Below, in pieces: positions 8,512-16,756 of a DNA stretch of 64,000 nt. Source of the stretch: an uncultured Candidatus Saccharibacteria bacterium (GTDB taxonomy: Bacteria; Patescibacteriota; Saccharimonadia; Saccharimonadales; JACDBH01). The notes beneath the pieces are model-generated. The model made no database searches, was not told where the DNA came from, and saw only the letters and a program-made list of their open reading frames with translations. Both the position numbers and the translations under genes were made by a program. Position 1 is the first letter of the stretch, and the number at the start of each line of letters is the position of its first letter. The stretch covers positions 640,908-704,907 of the forward strand of contig OZ246417.1 in the NCBI GenBank assembly GCA_965231105.1, given 5' to 3'.

Positions 8512-9810
8512 ATGCATATTTTCTTTTCTGGCATAGGAGGAGCAGGACTAAGTCCTCTTGCACTTATTGCCAAGCAAGCTGGCTACGAAGTCAGCGGTTC
8601 CGATAAACAAGATAGCCAGTATATCCACTACCTTAAAGATCATGGCATAACTGATATTCATGTTGGGCAAACAGAAGCCGCCATTGCTGCGCTCCACCAG
8701 GCTAAGCCTATTGACTGGTACGTATACTCGTCCGCTGTTATAAAAGAAAACCCTGATCATCCAGAACTAGCTTTTGTAAACTCGGCAGGTATAAGAAATA
8801 CGAAACGTGATGAACTTTTAAATCAAATTCTTAAAGAAAAGAATCTTGAGCTTATTGCTATTGCCGGCACACATGGCAAGACAACAACGACCGCCATGAC
8901 AACCTGGCTATTTAAGGAGCTCAACATATCAATTAGCTACCTTCTGCCTGCCAAAGTAAGTTTTGGGGAGATGGGACAATATGATCCTGCAAGTCAGTAT
9001 TTCATCTACGAATGCGATGAGTTTGACTGGAACTTCTTAGCTTTCCACCCTTACATGAGTCTTATTACGGGCGTAACCTGGGATCATCATGAAATCTTTG
9101 AGTCAGAAGATATATACCATAAGGCATTCCGAGACTTTATCAATCAAAGCGAACGAACTTTTGTCTGGGATGAAGAAGCCGAACGCCTTAAGCTCACAGC
9201 CAGCAATGATATTTCGGTTCTTGATCCTAAAGTAAAAGAACTACATGATATCAGTCTTAAGGGCGAATTTAACCGTCGAGACGCATGGCTTGCCGTTCAA
9301 GCCGTTCATGAACTTACCAAAGAACCTGTTGCTCGGCTCATTGAAATTATGAATGAGTTCCCTGGCCTTTCAAGGCGTATGGAACAAATTGCCCCTAATC
9401 TTTACACAGACTACGCTCATACTCCTGAGAAGATTAAAGGCGCAATGAGTGCCGCACTCGAAATGGCGAAAGAAAAGAATCAAGAAGTAGTTGTCGTATA
9501 TGAGCCGCTTACGAATCGACGCGCACACTTCACCAAAGAGCAGCATGCCGATGTCTTTACGGGCGCCAAGAACATTTACTGGGTGCCGAGCTACCTAGCC
9601 CGCGAAGACCCGAATCAGGCCGTGCTTTCACCGGCAGAGTTAATTAAATACTTAAATCCTGATTTGAGACTCATAGCCATGCCTATGGAATTAAATGAAG
9701 AATTGAAGCAAGTTATTGCAACACATATGCAAAATGGCGACATGGTAGTTGCGATGACCGGAGGTGGTGGTAATTCGCTGGATGAATGGCTACGGGAGAA
9801 TTTTGCTTGA
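8512..9810 (+). CDS. murC: Mur ligase family protein, MurC-like (UDP-N-acetylmuramate--L-alanine ligase-like)
   Basis: 432 aa. IFFSGIGGAGLSPLA..GYEVSGSD N-terminal Rossmann, P-loop AGTHGKTTTTAM, ECDEFDWNF, DYAHTPEKI. Confidence 0.65.
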   Translation: MHIFFSGIGGAGLSPLALIAKQAGYEVSGSDKQDSQYIHYLKDHGITDIHVGQTEAAIAALHQAKPIDWYVYSSAVIKENPDHPELAFVNSAGIRNTKRDELLNQILKEKNLELIAIAGTHGKTTTTAMTTWLFKELNISISYLLPAKVSFGEMGQYDPASQYFIYECDEFDWNFLAFHPYMSLITGVTWDHHEIFESEDIYHKAFRDFINQSERTFVWDEEAERLKLTASNDISVLDPKVKELHDISLKGEFNRRDAWLAVQAVHELTKEPVARLIEIMNEFPGLSRRMEQIAPNLYTDYAHTPEKIKGAMSAALEMAKEKNQEVVVVYEPLTNRRAHFTKEQHADVFTGAKNIYWVPSYLAREDPNQAVLSPAELIKYLNPDLRLIAMPMELNEELKQVIATHMQNGDMVVAMTGGGGNSLDEWLRENFA

Positions 9811-10544
9811 AGCTTATTCAGTTAAATATTTGGCAAGGAAAACTCCTTAAAAATGCTGTCTCGTTTTTAAAAGAACAAGATGCAGATTTTGTGTGCCTTC
9901 AAGAAGTGTATAGCAGCCCAAAACTTGTCCCACTCGTTGATATGTTTAGTACGCTCGAAACCCTGAAAAAAGAGTTGGGCTACACGGAATGCTATTTCGA
10001 GCCTACTCAGACTTTTCAGGCAAACGGACTCACTATCTCATTTGGAAATGCTATCTTAAGTAAGCACCCCTTCGCTTCAAAACGCGTTGTATTCACAAAT
10101 GGATCGTTTCATGAATCTACCCATGCCGACGACCTTATTCCTAATATTCGCAATGCCCAGCTTGTTACTGTTTTGGCAAATGGTATAGAGCTCAATCTTA
10201 TTAACCATCATGGTTATCATGAGCTTACCCCCGAAGGCAGCGAACAGACAGCTGTCGCTATGCAAAAACTTGTCGCAGAACTTAAAAAACTGGAAGGACC
10301 GCTTGTCCTAGCAGGAGACCTAAATGTTATAGCTCAAGCGCCGGCAATGCGGGTATTTGATAATTGGCTTAAAGACCTCACAGCTACCTATAACGTTCGC
10401 GATACGCTTACCGAATTCGGTAAGGTACGCAATGTACCGTGTGATCATATCCTTGTGAGTAAAGAAGCCCGGGTAAAAACATTCTCAGTAAGCCCAGTGC
10501 TTGTCTCTGACCATACACCGCTTATATTAGAGTTTGATCTTTAG
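9786..10544 (+). CDS. Endonuclease/exonuclease/phosphatase (EEP) family protein
   Basis: 252 aa. LIQLNIWQG, FVCLQEV, LAGDLNV and C-terminal SDHTPLILEF motifs. The start could instead be TTG 9807, overlapping the murC-like TGA. Confidence 0.8.
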   Translation: MATGEFCLKLIQLNIWQGKLLKNAVSFLKEQDADFVCLQEVYSSPKLVPLVDMFSTLETLKKELGYTECYFEPTQTFQANGLTISFGNAILSKHPFASKRVVFTNGSFHESTHADDLIPNIRNAQLVTVLANGIELNLINHHGYHELTPEGSEQTAVAMQKLVAELKKLEGPLVLAGDLNVIAQAPAMRVFDNWLKDLTATYNVRDTLTEFGKVRNVPCDHILVSKEARVKTFSVSPVLVSDHTPLILEFDL

Positions 10545-10981
10545 CTGTCCCAACCAAACTCTCCATATGACTGACCTGCTGCAATTTGTTCAAGCGCGTA
10601 TTTTTGGTAATCCATAATGTTTTCAGGCAAGTGACCGATTGGCAGCCACTCAATATGGCTATGTTCATGCGGGGCGTTATTAACCGGCTCATCAGTCCAT
10701 TCATCAGCTTCGAAAAATATATCCACCCACTGTGGTCTGTTGCTTGTTTTACTAAATCGATGCTGCGTATATACATAACGAAGATTCGTAGGATCAATGG
10801 TAATACCTGCTTCCTCGAGCGCCTCACGAATAGCACCTACCGAAAAGGTCTCGTTTTCCTCTACGCGACCTGCTGGCAAAGAATAATTACCATCCATATA
10901 GCCAGTCTTCTCGCGCATAACAAATAGAAACTTGTTATCCTTGCGCACAAGCACATAACACGCAGGATAGTTGGGACTCAT
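10541..10981 (-). CDS. NUDIX hydrolase
   Basis: 146 aa. Nudix box GRVEENETFSVGAIREALEEAGI. Confidence 0.85.
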   Translation of the reverse strand: MSPNYPACYVLVRKDNKFLFVMREKTGYMDGNYSLPAGRVEENETFSVGAIREALEEAGITIDPTNLRYVYTQHRFSKTSNRPQWVDIFFEADEWTDEPVNNAPHEHSHIEWLPIGHLPENIMDYQKYALEQIAAGQSYGEFGWDS

Positions 10982-11322
10982 CGGTTGTCTCCGCTCCCCT
11001 TCAGAACATTTCGTTCCATACGACTTTTAAGTTTTTCAATATTTAGCTCCGCAACTTCCTGTAGTGAGATATCGAGATAGGTGCACACAACGCTTATATA
11101 CCAGAGTATATCTCCTAACTCTTTCACCATCTCCTTCTTATCTTCAGTACTTAAAATACCGTCTTTATCCCGATAAATTTTCTTGAATTTTTCAGCAATT
11201 TCTCCAGTCTCGCCTACCAATCCGAGAAGCTGTGCCAAAAATGCATGGGAGTCGATGGGCTGTGGCTTACCCCCCATTGTATCTGTAACAATTGCCATCT
11301 TTTGATAGGCAGCAAAATCCAT
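10978..11322 (-). CDS. MazG-like nucleoside triphosphate pyrophosphohydrolase (small all-alpha type)
   Basis: 114 aa. LGLVGETGEIAEKFKK and ELGDILWY metal-binding helices. 4-nt overlap with the NUDIX gene. Confidence 0.8.
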   Translation of the reverse strand: MDFAAYQKMAIVTDTMGGKPQPIDSHAFLAQLLGLVGETGEIAEKFKKIYRDKDGILSTEDKKEMVKELGDILWYISVVCTYLDISLQEVAELNIEKLKSRMERNVLKGSGDNR

Positions 11323-11361
11323 GAGATCCCTCCTTATATCCGCCTTATTGTAACGTAGAAA

Positions 11362-13113
11362 CTAACGCAGAACGCCAATAATAAACAATACTATAACGAA
11401 CAAGATGCCCACGACCCAAATTGTTGGACTTAAGATGTTTCGTTCTATTTGCTTATGAGCAGGAAGTACAGGGTCAGAAGTCGTGCCATCTGCAAATGAT
11501 GAGGAATGTGCCGAGGAACTAGTCGAGATACCTTGCGAAGAAGAGACTAAAGAACTGTCTTGGCTTGCGCCAGCAATGGCAGCCATCCCGCCCAGTTTTG
11601 CAGCTGCCCCAACCGAGCCCATTCTATTGGCGCGTAATACTTCCTTTTGTTTTTCGCGCTTGAACTCTTCGCCATATGCAATCTCAGGATTATCTATAAC
11701 CTGACCAGTCTTCTTATCAATTTCTATACGATGCCAACTGCTTGTTTCCACGCGCCTACCTTCTGGTGCTAAATAGGTGGCTTCGGTGATTTCCTGTTCT
11801 TCGGGCGACAACTCTTTAATGATTTCTTTTTCTGCTAGTCCAGGAGTGCGCTCAGCTTGTACCCTGCCCTTTTCATCGATCGAATACCGCACATGTTCAC
11901 GCGAACCAATCGCAAACGGGGCCACTAATACTTCGGGTGGTAATTGTGATATCTCAGGAGTTCTTTCAGGTCGTGGTACCGCTGCAGTAGAAGCCTGCCG
12001 TGCTTCTGCTACTGCCTCAAGCGCGACTTGAGCCGCAGGTATTTCACGCTCTTTCTCTCTAATAACCGTCTGTAGGTGCTCTTGGGTTTGTTTAAAGGTA
12101 CTCAGTCGTTCTTGGCTAATAGCCTGCTCGGATTTAATCTGCTTAAGTTCGCTGTCTTTTGCTTTCAGCTCTTTTTCAAACCCACGGGCCATCTTCTTTT
12201 TACCGCGTCTACCCACCAACCATCCGAACGCCAGACCCGCTACGAGTCCCTTTCGTACACCACGCTTCTCGGCATAATACTCAGCATCCGCACGAGCACG
12301 TTCAATTGCTCGTATATCAGGAGCAGCAGCTTCTCTTCGAGTAGTAACGGGCGGCTCAAAGTATCCTTCACTGAACGAAGGAGTAGGGACATAGGCGGGT
12401 CGTATGGGTTCCGGCTCTGATGCATCCTCTATAGGACCCTCGGGAACTTCAGGAGGCGGGCCTTCTCCCCCACCCCCTAAGTCGACGTCGGTTTCAAGCG
12501 GTACGGTTGGTTCATCTTCGGTGAGGGGTGCAGCTTCGTTTGCGAGTGGAGTAACTGCTTCGTTTTCTTCTTGTGGAGGCTCTTCGTTAGTATCTGCATA
12601 TACGGGTCTTTTTACTCCTTCTGGAGCAGGGGCTGTCTCTTCTTTAGTTTCGGTAGAAGGACGTGATAAAGGAATCTCTCCATCACTCTCGAATTCACCT
12701 TCCCATTCAGCGAAATCTTCGTCGTTTTCAGTCTCAACCGATTCGCTTGTTGCTAGCTCAGTGTCTTGATCTTCTATATGCTCTCCCTGATCAAGGTCTG
12801 GCACAGTATCAGTCTTTTTGCTCAAGAAAGCATCCGCTGCCTCAGCATCTTCCTCGTCTAAAGCTTCTTCCCTCGATTGTAGTTCGGCAGCTTCAATTTC
12901 TTTTCGTTCTTTTTCTTCTCGGCTTTTTCGCAGACTTTCTAAAAGAGAGAGTGGTTTTTCTTCAGGAGATTGTTCGGCTGGTTTTGGTACTGCAATCTTA
13001 CTTAGTGGTACGTGAGCGATTTTAGTAGTAGACTTGCCCTTATCCTTAAGTTCTTCGTCATCATCGTCTTTAGACTGTTCATCTTCAGCCGTTGAAAAGG
13101 GTTTCCACTCCAT
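11362..13113 (-). CDS. Acidic low-complexity protein with central and C-terminal TM segments, unknown function
   Basis: 583 aa. The N-terminal ~290 aa are extremely Glu/Asp/Pro-rich. Then a hydrophobic segment (LVAGLAFGWLVG), a coiled-coil-like stretch, a Ser-rich region and a C-terminal TM (IWVVGILFVIVLFIIGVL). Confidence 0.6.
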   Translation of the reverse strand: MEWKPFSTAEDEQSKDDDDEELKDKGKSTTKIAHVPLSKIAVPKPAEQSPEEKPLSLLESLRKSREEKERKEIEAAELQSREEALDEEDAEAADAFLSKKTDTVPDLDQGEHIEDQDTELATSESVETENDEDFAEWEGEFESDGEIPLSRPSTETKEETAPAPEGVKRPVYADTNEEPPQEENEAVTPLANEAAPLTEDEPTVPLETDVDLGGGGEGPPPEVPEGPIEDASEPEPIRPAYVPTPSFSEGYFEPPVTTRREAAAPDIRAIERARADAEYYAEKRGVRKGLVAGLAFGWLVGRRGKKKMARGFEKELKAKDSELKQIKSEQAISQERLSTFKQTQEHLQTVIREKEREIPAAQVALEAVAEARQASTAAVPRPERTPEISQLPPEVLVAPFAIGSREHVRYSIDEKGRVQAERTPGLAEKEIIKELSPEEQEITEATYLAPEGRRVETSSWHRIEIDKKTGQVIDNPEIAYGEEFKREKQKEVLRANRMGSVGAAAKLGGMAAIAGASQDSSLVSSSQGISTSSSAHSSSFADGTTSDPVLPAHKQIERNILSPTIWVVGILFVIVLFIIGVLR

Positions 13114-13118
13114 ATTTC

Positions 13119-13754
13119 TTAGACCTCAACCGCCTGCCCATCAATGAGCGGAATAAATGTAATGCCTTGCTCTTTAAAGAAAGCTTCACACCGAGCATAT
13201 GCTTGGCTTCGAGCTTCGTCATTCCAATGCCAATCATGAACCGGCACGATCTTTTGGGGTTTAAGTGTAAGTGCCATTTTGACAGCTTCCGCCATGGAGC
13301 CCCATGGTGCGGTTATAGTAAGTGCAAGAATCTGTTTTGATTCTTCAAGGTCGTGGCGATCTCCACCAACCGTAAGCATATCGGCAAAATGAATGGCAAT
13401 GTTTTCGGGAGTTTCGCCTAGAGGTGATAGATCCGCATGTTGTTTAGTTGAAAATACATGCACAGGTCCCATACTTTCGCAGGCAGCATTAGCAATACCG
13501 GCCTCATGGAGCTTATGCACCACTGCTTCAGTAGAGATAATCCTCACTTGAGGAAATTTCGCAACTAAAGCCTGTACAAAAGGTAAATGAAAATGGTCAA
13601 AGTGCTCATGCGTGATGACAATATAGTCAAGCTTTTCTAATGCAGCAATATCAAACAACCCTGAATTCCAGCTAAATTCGCCTGGATCAAATAAGACAGA
13701 TGCTTCATCTGTCTGCGCCAATAGACAAGCATGGACATACTTGGTAATTTTCAT
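13119..13754 (-). CDS. MBL-fold metallo-hydrolase
   Basis: 211 aa. The VITHEHFDHF (HxHxDH) motif and further His/Asp ligands lie downstream. Confidence 0.8.
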   Translation of the reverse strand: MKITKYVHACLLAQTDEASVLFDPGEFSWNSGLFDIAALEKLDYIVITHEHFDHFHLPFVQALVAKFPQVRIISTEAVVHKLHEAGIANAACESMGPVHVFSTKQHADLSPLGETPENIAIHFADMLTVGGDRHDLEESKQILALTITAPWGSMAEAVKMALTLKPQKIVPVHDWHWNDEARSQAYARCEAFFKEQGITFIPLIDGQAVEV

Positions 13755-13786
13755 ACCTTCTATTATACCCTGTTATACCAGGGGCG

Positions 13787-14386
13787 CTACAGGCCTAATG
13801 TCGTGTCGCTTAATTCGCCGCTATCGAAATCTGCTGTATCATCTAAATCCGCGATACTTTCATCAATTGTGGCACTTACATCATCGGGGTTAACTGCTGT
13901 TTCTTCAGTTGAGGTCTGGGTGGTTGTCTCCGGCGTCGTAGCAGACTTTTCATCCTCTTTCAAAAACGCAAAATAGCCAGCAACCGCTAAAGCGGCCACT
14001 ATAATCACAACGATGAGAATCACAAGGCCCATGCCTTTTTTCTTTTTAATAGCATCTGCAGCGCTTGGAACCGTCGCAGCTGTTTCGGTTTCTTCCGCTG
14101 GAGATACTGGAGGCTTCGGGGCCGCAGCTGGAGTTTCGTTGGCAGGACCCTCGCTTTCAAGACCAGGCATAACGTCATCCTTGGGCGCTTCAGTCACATC
14201 AATAGGGCTCGTAGTTTCCGCGACAGGCACATCAATTACAGGTGCTGTAGCAATTTCATTGCCGACTGCTGGCGGTGTCGCAGATGTAGCACTTGGGGGA
14301 GTTTCAGAGGCAAATGAAGTATCTGCTATGTCTTTAGTATCTACAGGCTGATCATTTGGTTTCTGAGGAGTAGTATCTTCTGGCAT
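13787..14386 (-). CDS. Pro/Thr/Ala-rich single-pass membrane protein, unknown function
   Basis: 199 aa. Low-complexity N-terminal half, a lysine patch then TM (LVILIVVIIVAALAVAGYFAF), acidic Thr-rich tail. Confidence 0.5.
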   Translation of the reverse strand: MPEDTTPQKPNDQPVDTKDIADTSFASETPPSATSATPPAVGNEIATAPVIDVPVAETTSPIDVTEAPKDDVMPGLESEGPANETPAAAPKPPVSPAEETETAATVPSAADAIKKKKGMGLVILIVVIIVAALAVAGYFAFLKEDEKSATTPETTTQTSTEETAVNPDDVSATIDESIADLDDTADFDSGELSDTTLGL

Positions 14387-14390
14387 AGGA

Positions 14391-15029
14391 TTATTCCGTT
14401 TCTTGCTTTTGTTCTTTTAAGGCTTTCAGGGTTGGCTTAACCGTGTCTTGAAGATAAGTCTTAATTCCGGCTGCTACTTGGAGGGTAGCAGCTTGCTTTG
14501 TGCGTGCCGTTTCAAGTGCAGCCTTAAATGCCGTTGGATCAGTCTTGCAATCAAGTGCTTCTAGATCACTGAGTGCTTGTTGGTAATCGGTAAGTGAGGT
14601 TTTGAAACTTTCAACCCGAGATTTAAGCTCAGTGATATTTGCCTGCAATGCTGTAACATCCAAACCACTTTCACCTAAGCGAGTGGCAGCATTTTCAAGC
14701 GCACTAATAATTCCGCCGTAATTTGCGTTGCGTAATTTTGCTCGCGTATTAAGGCGAGCCGTATGCGTCTTTATCACTCCTTGAGCTGCTACACAACGTT
14801 CGCCGATTCGTTTCTGAACCGTAGTACTTAAGCGCTCTTTGTAAGCTTTTTTGTACTCCTCAACACGCGTGCTACGTGCTTTCTTTTCAGTTTCGTCTGT
14901 GGTGCTCGTTGTGGAACTACTGTCAGTTGATGTTGAGGTATCCCTATCTCCTTCTACAATCGCAGATGCGGTCATAGAGAAAGCGGGCACCATTAACAAT
15001 GCAATAGCTAAAGAGATGATCTTCTTCAT
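14391..15029 (-). CDS. Secreted alpha-helical protein, unknown function
   Basis: 212 aa. Signal peptide MKKIISLAIALLMVPAFSMTASA, then a Ser/Thr-rich linker and heptad-like helical sequence. Confidence 0.55.
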   Translation of the reverse strand: MKKIISLAIALLMVPAFSMTASAIVEGDRDTSTSTDSSSTTSTTDETEKKARSTRVEEYKKAYKERLSTTVQKRIGERCVAAQGVIKTHTARLNTRAKLRNANYGGIISALENAATRLGESGLDVTALQANITELKSRVESFKTSLTDYQQALSDLEALDCKTDPTAFKAALETARTKQAATLQVAAGIKTYLQDTVKPTLKALKEQKQETE

Positions 15030-15052
15030 ATATGCATTGTAGCATAAGCGTC

Positions 15053-15895
15053 TTACTCTAAAGAGAACTGCTGTTTTGATTTACGTATAAGTCCTTCATT
15101 TAAAAGATCTTCACAGATGCTTTCAAGCCTATCGTCGTGAATTATGCGCTTCAGCTGTTCAAGGTCCTGACTTTTAGCCCCCAATGCACGCAAAACCATG
15201 CCACGAATTTGACGCCGCGAGCCTATAAAAGCAGACTGCTTAACATACGCTTTTGCTTGACGACTTTTATTGCCTTTCGTTGTTTTTAGCCATGTCCCGT
15301 AATCCATGAGCGCCCAGTACCACTTGCGGAAGTCTTTATTTGGCAGGGTATTTTTGACTAAACTAAGAATCTCCTCATCGCTTACATCATGCCTATCTTC
15401 AAAAAAATGATATATAAACACGGTGCGGATATTAGTTTCTATAAATATAACGGGTTTATTATACGCATAGGCACAGACTGCTGCTGCCGTATTCTTCCCT
15501 ATGCCGGGGAATGTTACTAATGATTCTACGGAGTCCGGAATTGTGCCTTTAAATTCTTGCTCCACCTTTTGCGCTGTCTGCCAAAGATATTTCGCACGAC
15601 GATTATAACCAAGTCCACTCCATACTTTTAATACTTCTCCTAAAGAAGAGGCCGCAAGCTTCTGAATTGTCGGGAAGCGAGCAATAAACTCCTGGTATTT
15701 TGGTGTTACTCGATTGACCTGTGTCTGCTGCAACATAACTTCAGACACAAGAATTTTATAAGGATCAAACAAACCATTTTTTTCGGGCTCTCGCCATGGC
15801 ATCGTGCGAGCATTTTTAGAAAAATGGTCTAAAACTGTTGCTTGAAAAGATCTAATTTCTGAATCGGTAATCTGCCACATAGTTGTAACGTACAT
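15053..15895 (-). CDS. HhH-GPD DNA glycosylase, MutY-like but atypical (no Fe-S Cys cluster, no MutT-like C-terminal domain)
   Basis: 280 aa. LPWR-like MPWREP, DPYKILVSEVMLQQTQV, GLGYNRRAKYL, HhH FPGIGKNTAAAV. Only two Cys in the whole protein. Confidence 0.7.
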   Translation of the reverse strand: MYVTTMWQITDSEIRSFQATVLDHFSKNARTMPWREPEKNGLFDPYKILVSEVMLQQTQVNRVTPKYQEFIARFPTIQKLAASSLGEVLKVWSGLGYNRRAKYLWQTAQKVEQEFKGTIPDSVESLVTFPGIGKNTAAAVCAYAYNKPVIFIETNIRTVFIYHFFEDRHDVSDEEILSLVKNTLPNKDFRKWYWALMDYGTWLKTTKGNKSRQAKAYVKQSAFIGSRRQIRGMVLRALGAKSQDLEQLKRIIHDDRLESICEDLLNEGLIRKSKQQFSLE

Positions 15896-15910
15896 TATAA
15901 TAATTTCTTA

Positions 15911-16750
15911 ATGATTGCGTGGTTTATCCGGCTTTTAAAGCGTCTGGCTGTTTTTGGCCTTGGTATTGTTATTGTGTACCTCACGGTATGGGAAATTTTT
16001 CCGTTCTTTGACCACCGTGTTCCCATTGCATTAGCGCTGCTCGCAACATATATATTTACCGCCTACTTCTTTATACCGGCAGTAATTCGAGTGATTCGGA
16101 TTTTCCTTGAACCATCACACATTCCTCTTTACTGCATCACGCCCGATGGTTTTGCGAGTGATCCAATGAATGTGGGAGTTATTGCTACTCGTAAAGAATT
16201 AATCTATGCCATGATCGACGCGGGATGGTATAAAGCTGATCCAAAAAATATTCGGACATCATTTAAGCTCGCCATGGCGACATTGTTAAGACGCCCGTAC
16301 CCCAATGCGCCATTTAGTGGACTGTACCTTTTTGGGCGCAAACAAGATTTAGGTTTTGAACGTCCAGTTGGAGATAGCACTTCTCATAGACACCATGTGC
16401 GATTTTGGGCATGTCATCTTGAAGGTCCGGAAGACTTTCATGAACATGTCCATTTTTGGCGCCGGTTTCATAGGCCACGCCATAGTGGAGATGAACGGCA
16501 GCTATGGGTGGGAGCAGCCTCGAAGGACACCGGCATTATTCCTATTCGTCACAATGCTCAGTTAACCCACATGATAGATCCTGACACAAATAGTGAGCGT
16601 GACTTAGTAGTAGAGAGCTTGCGTGCAGCCCATAAAGTCGCCCGTGTTAAAACCGTCAAGGTGGGGGCACCTTACGAACTACGTAACCGTACGATTGGAG
16701 GCTTCTTTCATGCCGACGGCAAAATGCGTATCTGTATTCTTAAGGATTAA
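15911..16750 (+). CDS. Membrane protein with LssY-like C-terminal domain
   Basis: 279 aa. Two N-terminal TMs, then AGWYKADP, PFSGLYLFGRKQDLGFE, SHRHHVRFW, QLWVGAASKDTGI, IDPDTNSERD. This pattern is as I remember the LssY_C family. Confidence 0.65.
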   Translation: MIAWFIRLLKRLAVFGLGIVIVYLTVWEIFPFFDHRVPIALALLATYIFTAYFFIPAVIRVIRIFLEPSHIPLYCITPDGFASDPMNVGVIATRKELIYAMIDAGWYKADPKNIRTSFKLAMATLLRRPYPNAPFSGLYLFGRKQDLGFERPVGDSTSHRHHVRFWACHLEGPEDFHEHVHFWRRFHRPRHSGDERQLWVGAASKDTGIIPIRHNAQLTHMIDPDTNSERDLVVESLRAAHKVARVKTVKVGAPYELRNRTIGGFFHADGKMRICILKD

Positions 16751-16756
16751 GTCTTT

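Noticed and set aside
397-9810. Alternative genetic code (UGA read as an amino acid, as in some CPR lineages)
   Set aside because: TGA closes well-formed, full-length genes at the expected protein ends (e.g. 397-399 and 9808-9810). No family-recognisable ORF needs read-through of TGA.
11483-13025. Stack of plus-strand ORFs (73-121 aa) antisense to the 583-aa acidic protein gene
   Set aside because: Their Ser/Gly/Ala-rich products are the mirror image of GAA/GAG/CCN-rich codons on the coding strand. They overlap each other in several frames and lack starts with an SD. They are composition artefacts.
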